This document shows positions 1 to 15,065 of a stretch of 64,000 nucleotides of DNA, piece by piece. The position numbers and the translations under genes were made by a program. This stretch comes from Macrostomum lignano. Its lineage: Eukaryota. The stretch covers positions 1 through 64,000 of the forward strand of contig NIVC01001937.1 of the NCBI GenBank assembly GCA_002269645.1. The letters are read 5' to 3'. The notes below the pieces were generated by a model. The model made no database searches. It saw only the letters and a list, made by a program, of their open reading frames with translations, and was not told where the DNA came from. Position 1 is the first letter of the stretch, and every line of letters starts with the position of its first letter.

Positions 1-2480
<2,480 letters not shown>

Positions 2481-2572
2481 CTGCCAAGGGAGTGTGCAGT
2501 GAGAATTGGGTTTTGATGCGGTGCAGCCCTCACACTGGCACCCAGTCTCTTGCCTGGGTGTCTCTTGTAAGT

Positions 2573-2702
2573 GCCCACTGTCTGCCCCGCAGCACCCACT
2601 GTCTGCCCTGCAGTGCCCACTGTCTGCCCTGCAGCACCCACTGTCTGCCCTGCAGCACCCACTGTCTGCCCTGCAGCACCCACTGTCTGCCCTGCAGCAC
2701 CA
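2573..2702. repeat. 21-nt minisatellite (CCCACTGTCTGCCCTGCAGCA), intronic
   Basis: About 6 units inside intron 2759-2481. Confidence 0.9.
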
Positions 2703-2759
2703 ACAGTCTCCAGCTTCAGTCTGGGGACTCTGGCAGCTGGCTATCAACAGCCAACCCAC

Positions 2760-4716
2760 CTGGTGGGCACGGAGACCAGCGGCACGGTGGTGTCAATCTG
2801 CCGGTCGGTCACCGCGGAGCCGCCAGTCAGGCCGCTCGCTGAGGCGACGTCGCCAGCCAGCCGGATGGCCTTGGGGTCGAGGCCGGCCAAGCCGTCCTGA
2901 GCTGTGTAGGCTCGCTGCAGGTAGAAGGCGGCCACAATGCTGAGTATGGCTATCATGCTTAGCGGCAGGAGCTCGTCTTGATTAGCCAGGTATCTGGATG
3001 CAATCGACGGAGCGCAGGAGTTTTTGTTCGGCCGATGCGTGCTGGGATCGTAGCAGCTGAGCGGCGGGTGGCTGCGGAACCTCGGCGGCAGCTGGCCGGG
3101 CCGCTCGGCCAGGAACTCGGCGTAGATGGCCAGTTCGGCCGAGAACTCCATCCAGTCGTCGGCGGAGCGCACGCCGCAGCACTTCTCGTTGAAGTGCACC
3201 TTGTCCATGAAGCTGGGATAGAATGGCTTGTGAGAAGATCCCGAGTGTTTGGCCTTGTTATCGTAGAATATCTTCAAGTTTAGCTGGGTGGTATTGACCA
3301 GCCCGGCAGACTGCAGCTCCAGCAGCTTCAGCTTGGCCAGCTGGGCTATGAATGGCGCCGGCAGCAGCATCTGCGCGCGCGGGTCGCGGGGATAAAGGGA
3401 AAATAATGGGGAAATTTGCAATTTTACCGGCCTTGCTGCCCATTGCCTGATGCCTCACCTGCAGGATGTGGAACTGCCCATGCCCATTGCCTGATGCCTC
3501 ACCTGCAGGATGTGGAACTGCCCATTGCCTGTGGCCTCACCTGCAGGATGTGGAACTGCCCATGCCCATTGCCTGATGCCTCACCTGCTGGGTGTGGAAC
3601 TGCCCATGCCCATTGCCTGATGCCTCACCTGCAGGATGTGGAACTGCCCATGCCTATTGCCTGATACCTCACCTGCAGGATGTGGAACTGCCCATGCCTA
3701 TTGCCTGATACCTCACCTGCTGGATGTGGAACTGCCCATTGCCTGATGCCTCACCTGCAGGATGTGGAACTGCCCATTGCCTGATGCCTCACCTGCAGGA
3801 TGTGGAACTGCCCATTGCCTGATGCCTCACCTGCAGGATGTGGAACTGCCCATTGCCTGATGCCTCACCTGCAGGATGTGGAACTGCCCATGCCCATTGC
3901 CTGATGCCTCACCTGCTGGATGTGGAAATGCCTATGCCCATTTCCTGATGCCTCACCTGCAGGATGTGGAACTGCCCATTGCCTGATGCCTCACCTGCAG
4001 GATGTGGAACTGCCCATTGCCTGATGCCTCACCTGCAGGATGTGGAACTGCCCATTGCCTGATGCCTCACCTGCAGGATGTGGAACTGCCCATTGCCTGA
4101 TGCCTCACCTGCAGGATGTGGAACTGCCCATTGCCTGATGCCTCACCTGCAGGATGTGGAACAGGCTGACAAGCAGGCTGACAAAGTTGGTAAACTTGGC
4201 CAGTTTGGACATCCGAAGCATCCGCAGTCGCGGCACCTTCCCCGTGACAGCGTAGGCCGTCAGCAGCGTCAGCAGCAGCGTCAGAGCCAGCTGGCAGCTG
4301 AACATCACCCGGCCAGTCCTGAAGCTGAACACGTAGCCCTGCCAATCATTCAGCATGCTGTCCAGCTGGGCGGTCTCCTTCGGCGTGTACGCCCACGGGT
4401 GCATTCTGGCTCGCTTAGCAGCAGACGGCATGTTCAGATAGACAGCCAGGGCAATCAGGAGACCCAGCTTCATCAGCAGCAAAGTTAGGCCAACCAGAAA
4501 GAAATTGTGCCTGCTCACCAGGCCCATTGTGTAGAGGGGAAACGGGCCAAATACATAGGAGGGAATTTTGTACAGAAAGCTCATGTTGGCGTCCAGCAGG
4601 TTGCCGATAAATCCGCTCGGCCTCACAATGGTGGCGCTCTGGTCAGCGCGCCGCTGCCGCTGCTCCTCCCAGTTTTTTAGTCGGTCGGCTAGCGCTTCCT
4701 CGGATTGCAGGTTCAT
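2760..4716 (-). CDS. Tetraspanin-like N-terminal half of the same gene; exons 4716-4147 and 3370-2760
   Basis: Three hydrophobic helices in exon 1 to the start of exon 2, then an EC2 loop MDKVHFNEKCCGVRSADDW...PPLSC...NSC, then TM4 LLPLSMIAILSIVAAFYL. Canonical phase-0 intron 4146-3371 (CAG|GTGAGG ... GCAG|ATG). Phase-2 intron 2759-2481 joins in frame to the DC-STAMP exon. Confidence 0.8.
3436..4161. repeat. 38/44-nt minisatellite built from the exon-1 end plus the 5' splice site
   Basis: About 18 units, minus strand GTGAGGCATCAGGCAATGGGCAGTTCCACATCCTGCAG. The last 15 nt equal the exon end. Confidence 0.95.
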
Positions 4717-4970
4717 GCTTTGGTTTGTTGCCTTTGTCAAAACTGCTTTATGGGAAGCTTTTGTCTTTTATCCTAGCTAGCTCAGTTGATTGCGGTGGCC
4801 AAACTGCAGCTTGATGATGCGGCTCTCAGTTCGGGTTCCGACCATAGAATAACCATAGCTTCGTGCGTTCACTGCTCATTGACGAGCCTAAATTGAAGCT
4901 TTGGCTCTCAAGTATTGCACTAGCGTCTAGCTGAGATTGGAATTATTACACTAACTATCAATACTTTCCA

Positions 4971-5445
4971 TCTGGGGGATGCTTGCTATCTGGGGGATGC
5001 TTGCTATCTGGGGGATGCTTGCTATCTGGGGGATGCTTGCTATCTGGGGGATGCTTGCTATCTGGGGGATGCTTGCTATCTGGGGATGCTTGCTATTTGG
5101 GGATGTTTGCTATCTGGGGGATGCTTGCTATCTGGGGATGTTTGCTATCTGGGGGATGCTTGCTATCTGGGGGATGCTTGCTATCTGGGGGATGCTTGCT
5201 ATCTGGGGGATGCTTGCTATCTGGGGGATGCTTGCTATCTGGGGGATGCTTGCTATCTGGGGGGGTGTGCTTGCTACAGGTATTTGGGGGATGCTTGCTA
5301 TCTGGGGGGGGGGTGCTTGCTACAGGTATTTGGGGGATGCTTGCTATCTGGGGGATGCTTGCTATCTGGGGATGCTTGCTATCTGGGGGGATGCTTGCTA
5401 TTTGGGGGATGTTTGCTATCTGGGGGTGCTTGCTATCTGGGGGGG
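4971..5445. repeat. 17-18-nt minisatellite (CTGGGGGATGCTTGCTAT)
   Basis: About 25 units; MLAIWG periodicity in translation. Confidence 0.95.
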
Positions 5446-5868
5446 GGGAACGCGTGCTATCTTTTTTAAGGCTTTATTTGTTGTCTTTTTTTACTTTTAG
5501 ACAAAAGAGATTCACAGCAAACATCTGTTTCCGCGACAATTTTACTCGAATAAGGTGATTTATGAAAATGAAGAAGGAATCGGTTCTTAGGAAAATGTTC
5601 CCTTTTTAATGGATTTGCGTGAATAATGGATTTGCTCCTTGCTTATTGGCCGCCCCAAAGGGGGGCACTAGGTCACTGGATTGCTAGTACTAGCCGTTTC
5701 TGAGGGACTTCTGCGCTAAAGCCTTGGTTCTTTGACAACTGAAGCTTATGTAATTCTGTGGGAAGGAAGGAAGGCAACAAATTAAGTATTATGTGCTTTA
5801 GGCAGTTTGCATTAACTGTAGAACTTAATGTGATGAGAATACGAACATCGAGCACAATTAATCAAAAC

Positions 5869-7608
5869 TCAGTCCAGCAGTACTTCTAACGCCAAACCAA
5901 CAGAAATTCGCAATGCTAAAAATAGCATACATAATGACGTCACAAAGCTAATAATAGTAAACACATTGCGCCACGTGCTCTCCAACTGTTGCCGCTCGCG
6001 CCTAAGCCGGTGCAGCTGCTGACGGCGCCTCATGTGATCAGCCACATCCTGGGCCATCAGCTGGTACATCTGCAGGCGCTGCTGCAGAGCGCTCATGGCG
6101 CTCACGTAATACGCCTCGGACATCACCGCATTAGAGATGCTGTTGTACTCAGCAGTCTGTGTGCCCCACGAGTTGAACTGCTTCTGCTGCACTTGAATCA
6201 CGTCGCCAGAGTGCGGCATGATGAATGAGACTCGCCGCTGCGGGGATTAAGGACTGGACTTGAGTACTTACTGATAGTGTCCACCTGATATGAAGTGTAT
6301 GTGCTGAGTTGAAAGTACATTTACAATGTAATATGGTACATTTTGCTATACCATAATCCCAATCCCTGTCCTGACTATCCCACTCCCTGTCCTGACTATC
6401 CCACTCCCTATCCTGACTATCCAATCCCTGTCCTGACTATCCCACTCCCTATCCTGACTATCCCAATCCCTGTCCTGACTATCCCACTCCCTCTCCTGAC
6501 TATCCCACTCCCTCTCCTGACTATCCCACTCCCTCTCCTGACTATCCCACTCCCTATCCTGACTATCCCACTCCCTATCCTGACTATCCCACTCCCTCTC
6601 CTGACTATCTCACTCGGTCTCCTGACTATCCCACTCCCTATCCTGACTATCCCACTCCCTATCCTGACTATCCCACTCCCTCTCCTGACTATCCCACTCC
6701 CTATCCTGACTATCCCACTCCCTCTCCTGACTATCCCACTTCCTCTCTTGACTATCCCACTCCCTCTCCTGACTATCCCACTCCCTATCCTGACTATCCC
6801 ACTCCCTCTCCTGACTATCCCACTCCCTATCCTGACTATCCCACTCCCTATCCTGACTATCCCACTCGGTCTCCTGACTATCCCACTCCCTCTCCTGACT
6901 ATCCCACTCCCTCTCCTGACTATCCCACTCCCTATCCTGACTATCCCACTCCCTCTCCTGACTATCCCACTCCCTCTCCTGACTATCCCACTCCCTATCC
7001 TGACTATCCCACTCCCTCTCCTGACTATCCCACTCCCTCTCCTGACTGTCCCACTCCCTCTCCTGACTATCCCACTCCCTATCCTGACTATCCCACTCCC
7101 TCTCCTGACTATCCCACTCCCTCTCCTGACTGTCCCACTCCCTATCCTGACTATCCCACTCCCTCTCCTGACTATCCCACTCCCTATCCTGACTATCCCA
7201 CTCCCTCTCCTGACTATCCCACTCGGTTTCCTGACTGTCCCACTCCCTTTCCTGACTATCCCACTCGGTCTCCTGACTGTCCCACTCCCTCTCCTGACTA
7301 TCCCACTCGGTCTCCTGGCTATCCCTATAGGAAGTGGGATAGTCAGGATGGGGACAAATCAAGTAGTCTCGTCCTCCTTGGGAAAACTGCACCTTTCTGA
7401 TAGGCGCAGGTTTCTCTACAGTCTGCTGCGGTTCCTCCTCCTCCAGTACCAGCGCGAGCTGACCCGGCCGTCCACCGCCGCCGCCTCCTCGGCTGTCCGA
7501 TCGGCTGTCGTGACTGGCAGGGACGGCCCGCCGGCGCGAACGGAGCTGACTGAGCGACTCGGCTCGAAAGTCGAACGCGCTGTATTTCCGAGTCTTTAAT
7601 AGCATTGC
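5869..7608 (-). CDS. Hypothetical tail-anchored coiled-coil membrane protein; last exon 6237-5869, probable upstream exon ~7608-7390
   Basis: Acceptor CCCCGCAG at 6238, a 34-nt intron with GTAAGT donor at 6271, a Gln/Arg-rich helical segment and a C-terminal TM NVFTIISFVTSLCMLFLALRISVGLAL. The connection to the upstream exon is unresolved. Confidence 0.5.
6355..7325. repeat. 21-nt minisatellite (CTGACTATCCCACTCCCTCTC)
   Basis: About 45 units; source of spurious LTIPLPL / EWDSQER ORFs. Confidence 0.95.
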
Positions 7609-7923
7609 TTTAATAGCAGCAACTGGCTGGCTACCGCTGTGCTGCAAATCTTCAATTAATAATTTATTGATACTTCCTCTGCTTCTCCAAGCAGAGTTGC
7701 TGCTTCCAGTCAGGAAGATTCTTTTGCAAGCTCTCAATGCTTTTGTTACGCATTTGCTGCAACGATTTTTCTTTATTGGGGTGCCCAGGTGCAGCTGATA
7801 ACAAATCTCGGTGGGGGGGGGGGGTGAGGCAGCGCTGCGGAATTCTGCCGCAGCTGTTGCCTTTCTCAGCCAGCCCTTTGAAAGCCCTTTGCCAGCTGGC
7901 CTTGAAACAGAGTGTGCGCTTCA

Positions 7924-8722
<799 letters not shown>

Positions 8723-9152
8723 AGCGCAGTCATAGACCACTGCAAGACTCAATGTAGAGGTAAAGAACGACCGGTGGTGATTTTTGTGTGACTTTATCAG
8801 GGGTTATCATTAAATATTGAACAATCATGCCGAAAAGAGTGGACTTGACTTGTTGTCAAGCACTGGCTTCGAATTTATTTAAATGAACATGGAATGAAAC
8901 AGGTTAGCTGTTGAATTCAATATTGAACTTGAAAAATGTAAGCATTGGGTTCGCTTCAGCTTTGGTAGTTCGGAATAGGTGTTCAAATTTTTAAAAAATA
9001 ATCGAGAAAGCTTTTATACTTTCTTTATAGAAATACTCCTTCAGAAGAAACTTCTTTATAATCTAACTCGCTTGTTAATTTAGTATTATAGTATTCCTCG
9101 GTAGATCTATATTCAATATATTTCTTTGCTGACCTTTTACATCCGCAGATGC

Positions 9153-9179
9153 AACCCTAACCCTAACCCTAACCCTAAC
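9153..9179. repeat. Short interstitial (TAACCC)n telomere-type repeat
   Basis: About 4.5 units of AACCCT. Confidence 0.7.
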
Positions 9180-9218
9180 TCTAGCAAAAACATCTCTCCT
9201 GTACCCGAACACCGATCC

Positions 9219-11521
9219 TCATTCCACACCGAAGCTGCTGAGCATCTCCTCGGACTCGTCAGACAGCGGATCGTGATCGCCGACCTTCCGTTTGAAAACC
9301 GCTTCGTCGCCGCCCTCGTCAAGCAGAAAGTCGGGCAGTTGGCTCTCCAGAGCGGAAAACTGAAGCGACTTCTTCGAGGGCTTCAAATTGTGAACGAGCA
9401 AGATAAGAGATTAAGGTTAGAGGAAATTACGGCTTTTATGAAGAGATATTCCAAACAAAATCTTACAGGCTTCTTAGATTTTTCCGGCTTTCCGGCCTTT
9501 TCCGGCTTTCCGGCTTTTTCCGGCTTTCCGGCCTTTTCCGGCTTTCCGGCCTTCTTCGGCTTTCCGGCCTTTTCCGGCTTTCCGGCCTTCTTTGGCTTTC
9601 CGGCCTTTGGCTTTCCGGCCTTTGGCTTTCCAGCTTTTGATTTTCCGGCCTTTGGCTTTCCAGCCTTTGACTTTCCGGCTTTTGGCTTTCTGGCCTTTGG
9701 CTTTCCGGCTTTTGGCTTTCCGGCTTTTGGCTTTCCGGCCTTTGGCTTTCCGGCCTTTGGCTTTCCGGCCTTTGGCTTTCCGGCTTTTGGCTTTCCGGCC
9801 TTTGGCTTTCCGGCCTTTGGCTTTCCAGCCTTTGGCTTTCCGGCCTTTGGCTTTCCGGCCTTTGGCTTTCCGGCCTTTGGCTTTCCGGCTTTTGGCTTTC
9901 CGGCTTTTGAATTTTTGGGCAGGCCGGGCAACAGGATGACGCCGCAGACGCACTTCGGGCACATCGCCTTGCAGGCGGACTTCAGGCTGCGCAATCCGCT
10001 GCTGCTAGTGCGCGACTGAATCTCCTCGATGAGGTCTGCGGCCTCCTCGGTGCGGTCCACCTTCTCTGTCAGCTCGGCGATCCATGACCGCTTCGTGGCC
10101 TCGACTTGCAGCTCGGGCTCTTCTTCGGAGGCATCGTCGGAATCAAAGGCCTCACCGCTGGATGCTCTCAGCCGGTCAGCTAGGCCGCGAGCCCAGCCTG
10201 AGACTTTGGGGCGTCAGACACGGACTTTTGGATTAGCGTCTCAATTGATTTTCCTAATCTGTTTGTGTCCACAAGATCTGAATCATCTAATACAAGCTGT
10301 CTCATAATAGTCTCATTCCATTATTGAGATCTAACAGTAGTCTCACTGCATTAGTGAGATCTCACAGCAGTCTAATTCGATTAATGAGATCTCACACTAG
10401 TCTCATATCATTAGGAAGATCTCACAGTAGTCTCACTTCATCAGTGAGATCTCACAGTAGTTTCACATCATCAGTGAAATTTCACAGTAGTCTCACTGCA
10501 TTGGTAAGATCTTACAGTAGTCTCATTACATCAGTGAAATCTCACAGTAGTCTCACTTCATCAGTGAGATCTTACAGTAGTCTCACTGCACTAGTGAGAT
10601 CTTACAGTAGTCTCACTACATTAGTGAGATCTAACAGTAGTCTCACTGCATTAGTGAGATCTCACAGTTGTCTCACTGCATTAGTGAGATCTCACAGCAG
10701 TCTCACTCGATTAATGAGATCTCACACTAGTCTCATATCATTAGCAAGATCTCACAGTAGTTTCACATCATGAGTGAAATCTCAAAGTAGTCTCACTGCA
10801 TTAGTAAGACCTCACAGTACACTCACTGCATCAGGGAGATCTCAAAGTAGTCTCATTTCATCAGTGAAATCTCAAAGTAGTCTCACTGCATTAGTAAGAT
10901 CTCACAGTAGTCTCACTTCATCAGTGAGATCTCACAGTAGTTTAACATCATCAGTGAAATCTCAAAGTAGTCTCACTGCATCAGGGAGATCTCACATTAG
11001 TCTCACTCCATTAGTGAGATCTCACAGTAGGCTCACTGCATTAGTAAGATCTCACAGTAGTCTCACTGCATTAATGAGATCTCACAGTAGTCTCATTACA
11101 TTAGTGAGATCTCACAGTAGTCTCACTGCATTAGTGAGATCTTACAGTAGTCTCACTGCATTAGTGAGATCTCACAGTAGTCTCGCTTGATCAATGAGAT
11201 CTCACAGTAGTCTCACTGCATTAGTGAGATCTCAAAATAGTCTCACTCCATTGGTGAGATCTCACAGTAGTCTCACTGCATTAGTGAGATCTTACAGTAG
11301 CCTCGCTTAATCAATGAGATCTCACAGTAGTCTCACTACATTAATGAGATCTCAAAAGTTCTAGCTCTACTCCAGCCACCAGATCTCACCTCCCGGCGGC
11401 ACTTCATGCATTGCATACCTGATTCATCATCTGGACTGTCAAAGTCATCCTCATGCAGCCGGCTGGGCCTCCCGGCAGCGCAGCCGAGGCTGGCTAGCAG
11501 CACCAGAAGCGCCAGGAGCAT
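9219..11521 (-). CDS. Predicted secreted protein with acidic N-domain, Cys motif, (KPKAG)n/(KPEKAG)n basic repeat and acidic tail; exons ~11521-11390, 10197-9467, 9380-9219
   Basis: Signal-peptide-like MLLALLVLLASLGCAAG. The repeat lies in an open frame ending at a phase-0 donor CCT|GTAAGA (9466) that joins acceptor TTGAAG|CCC (9381). The phase of the exon1/exon2 junction is ambiguous. Confidence 0.6.
10310..11350. repeat. 30-nt intronic minisatellite with palindromic core GTGAGATCTCAC
   Basis: About 34 degenerate units AGTGAGATCTCACAGTAGTCTCACTGCATT. Confidence 0.95.
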
Positions 11522-12404
11522 TCCAGTATGTCGTCGCAGCTTCCCCGCTGCATCATATCTAATGGCGTCTTTGAGCATGAGCTATAGATATTTGCTGAGC
11601 GAAATAAAAATATTATTCTCAGAGAATTGAATAACCTCAGAATGGCCGTCTAACTCGGTGAATAAGAAGTCTCCGCAAGCAAATATCCAGGTTTAATAGA
11701 GGCAGCAGTGCTCAGTTCTGCCCTACCCCACATGGTGTGCGAATGCGAGTCTACATTGAGCTGTTTAGACTTGAGCATTCCAAGCCTGACACGAGCATGG
11801 AGCCTCACGTGTATCGTTGCATTTTCTGCCTTTGCCATTGTGCCTGAGAGATGAGGCTCTGACCCTGCTCAGCAGCTGTGCGAGCTGCACTGCCTGGCTA
11901 TCACTGGGCGGGGGGTTGAGGCAGAGAAAATAACAAAAATATTTCTGCTCTGCGTTCACTGAGTCAGTCGCCAAGTAGCAGAGAGTAGCTCACTTAAAAG
12001 CTGGGCTGCAGTGGCCACTGATATAAGCGGGGCTGCTATAGCAATGCGCTGCGTCTCTGCGCGAGTCCTTCTTATACTACTTGTTGTATTCTCTCAGTAG
12101 AAAGTCATGTTTTCCAAGTTATTTTGCGACAGATTCTTGAGAATACTCAAAAATGTATGATTGACGGGGTGGTTCGACTGAGAAAGTTGCTCATGATTAC
12201 TTAATCTTGTTTAAAGCGGAGATTTTATTACATTTGGTGTCGAATATTGCCACGTCAACGTGAAATGCTTTGCTAGGTATGGTGAAAAGTTGATAGAGGC
12301 ACAGATAAAGACGGCTTGTGAGAAAAGAGAAGGGTGAACTAAGAGAGTAGGATGAAGGTGGGAATGACTCAGAAACGAGGGTAGCTCAAAGTGCATGAGC
12401 GTGT

Positions 12405-13332
12405 AGATGAAAGGCAACAGAGGGTAGATGGAGGGCAACAGAGGGTATATGAAAGGCAACAGAGGGTAGATGGAGGGCAACAGAGGGTATATGAAAGGCA
12501 ACAGAGGATAGATGAGGGCAACAGAGAGTAGATGAGGGCAACAGAGGGTAGATGAAAGGTAACAGAGGATAGATGAAAGGCAACAGAGGGTAGATGAGGG
12601 GCAACAGAGGATAGATGAAAGGCAACAGAGGGTAGATGAGGGCAACAGAGGATAGATGAAAGGCAACAGAGGATAGATGAAAGGCAACAGAGGGTAGATG
12701 AAGGCAACAGAGGATAGATGAAAGGCAACAGAGGGTAGATGAGGGGCAACAGAGGATAGATGAAAGGCAACAGAGGATAGATGAAAGGCAACAGAGGGTA
12801 GATGAAGGCAACAGAGGATAGATGAAAGGCAACAGAGGGTAGATGAAGGCAACAGAGGATAGATGAAAGGCAACAGAGGGTAGATGAGGGGCAACAGAGG
12901 GTAGATGAGGGGCAACAGAGGGTAGATGAGGGGCAACAGAGGGTAGATGAGGGGCAACAGAGGATAGATGAAGGCAACAGAGGATAGATGAAAGGCAACA
13001 GAGGGTAGATGAGGGGCAACAGAGGATAGATGAAAGGCAACAGAGGATAGATGAAAGGCAACAGAGGGTAGATGAAGGCAACAGAGGATAGATGAAAGGC
13101 AACAGAGGGTAGATGAGGGGCAACAGAGGGTAGATTAGGGGCAACAGAGGGTAGATGAGGGGCAACAGAGGGTAGATGAGGGGCAACAGAGGGTAGATGA
13201 GGGGCAACAGAGGGTAGATTAGGGGCAACAGAGGGTAGATGAGGGGCAACAGAGGGTAGATTAGGGGCAACAGAGGGTAGATGAGGGGCAACAGAGGGTA
13301 GATGAGGGGCAACAGAGGGTAGGTGAGGGCAC
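12405..13332. repeat. 20-21-nt minisatellite (AAAGGCAACAGAGGGTAGATG)
   Basis: About 45 units; spurious LPLIYPL ORFs on the minus strand. Confidence 0.95.
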
Positions 13333-13879
13333 ATTCAATCAGTCAATAATCAATAATCACTAGTCAACAATCAGAAGTCTCCAGCATTGAGAGGGCTGCA
13401 GCGCATACAGCAAGCTTAATTTTAAAGCAGCGGTTGCTAAGCACAAAAAGGTACGATCGTTTATTAATTAAATCATCAGAGATTTTATGGAATTACCAAC
13501 CAATTTCAAAGTTCCGAAATATGACTTTCTATTTACACTGCATCATTGAGTCAATCGCTCATAAGGAAGATATTCAAAGCGGGTGAAGCCATTATTGTAC
13601 ATCGAACTATAGTCAGTTGCCAGGTGCAGTCAGAGCTACTCGACCCTATTGGCGCCGTTGCCGTGGTCGTCCTTTCCTATAAAATCGAAGTCAGGTGGGC
13701 GGAGGCCACAGGGTAGCCGGTTGGAAATTTTCAAAAAAAACACGCAATTGGTTTCAAATTAAAATTGGATAGACATTGGCGATAGAATTTAAATAAAAAT
13801 AGGTAGCTAGCGACTTCTGATAGAACATACTGTACTTTTGGACCTGCACGGCTTGCGAGTGTACTGCGTGTCCTTCATG

Positions 13880-14370
13880 TTCCAGCTGTCCATGACTGAC
13901 TGTATCAAATAGAAGAATGGGAAACCTCGTTTCCTGGAGAATTTTAGGAGGCCGGTTTTTTCCGATAAAAAATACACTACACGATAGGAATTTTTCATTT
14001 TTCAGCACAAAAATTGTGATTGCTTTCGATAGGAGGCAGACCCAATGTTTATCTTTTGATATGTTGTGCCTTTCTTATAGCTGTATTGATTTTCATAAAG
14101 CTTTTCATTTGGTAAATTAGGATTCTATTTTAATTTTTTATTCTACGTACAATGGCACAGGTTGTGTCTAAAAAACCATTAAAATGACACGGCTCGGCTC
14201 GTTGGTTTTATGAATCTATTTTGTCATTTTTAGCGACTGTGTAACAGTGTGTGTAATAGAGACAAAACTTCCCATCTCCGTAGTGCATTCTTTCGGTAAA
14301 AGCTGCCTCCTAAAATTTTCCAAGAAACGGGGTTTCCCGTCCTTCTACTACTTGAGTAGTCCATGACTGT
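13880..14370. repeat. Dispersed AT-rich repeat with internal inverted segments; same family as the Tc1 flanks at ~53800-55660
   Basis: 13880-13980 is an imperfect inverted copy of 14280-14370. 14200-14330 resembles 53810-53870 and 55600-55660. Confidence 0.6.
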
Positions 14371-14873
14371 ACTTTAATTGAGTGCAAGTTGTGCCCCAAC
14401 AGAAGCTGCTGTCAGTGCTGCCAGTATGTATCGCATTAATCCGCTGAAATGATTCAATATCCTTCAAGCTTGGAAAGATTTAAGCGCTGACTATATGGAA
14501 TCTTTGATTTAATGATTCCTGTTTGCTTGCTACACAGATATAATCAAAGCCTTTAGTTGTTTTCACCACTAGCTAAATTGGTAAGCTCTAAAAGGAATTT
14601 TCAATTTTAGAACCAAGCGAAACTACTTGTAGTAAATCATTGATTTGTGTGAAATTTTCATTCTATGTCTATGGCCAAAGCTGTCTTTGTTCAACGCTTG
14701 GATGTTAGTTTTCCCGCAGAGGAATTGCCCTACAAGAAAAATAAGCATTTTATGTAAATAATAAACGCCGTTTAATTCACACTCTGTGGTTAGAATGTCC
14801 AGGTTGCATTTAATGGTCCCGAGGCGAGCGAAGCGAGATATTATGATATTATGATATTATATTATGATATAAT

Positions 14874-15065
14874 GGGCCGTATGCAGAAAGCTTAGTCCAG
14901 ACTAGCTAGTCCGGACTTGGGTAGTTCAGTCTATAGTCTATGGTCCAGCTACCCAGTTCTGCTATAGTATACCGGTCTAACTTTGCGTTTCTGCATACCA
15001 AATCCAAGTCCAGACTAGCTTTTCAAGACCGGACTACCCTAGACAGAGCTTTCTGCATACGGCCC
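14874..15065. mobile_element. 192-bp MITE, PIF/Harbinger-like
   Basis: 19-bp perfect TIR GGGCCGTATGCAGAAAGCT / AGCTTTCTGCATACGGCCC with a 3-bp TSD AAT on both sides. Confidence 0.8.

Noticed and set aside
3436-4161. CRISPR-like appearance of 26-38-nt arrays (also 22365-22635, 23826-24335, 39273-40082)
   Set aside because: Units are head-to-tail with no unique spacers, there are no cas genes, and the context is eukaryotic.
9126-10019. Plus-strand 297-aa ORF with FPAFG repeats and an acceptor-like site at 9148
   Set aside because: It is the antisense of the Lys-rich gene, which has a signal peptide, matched splice phases and GC3-rich codons. It cannot be fully excluded without stranded RNA-seq.
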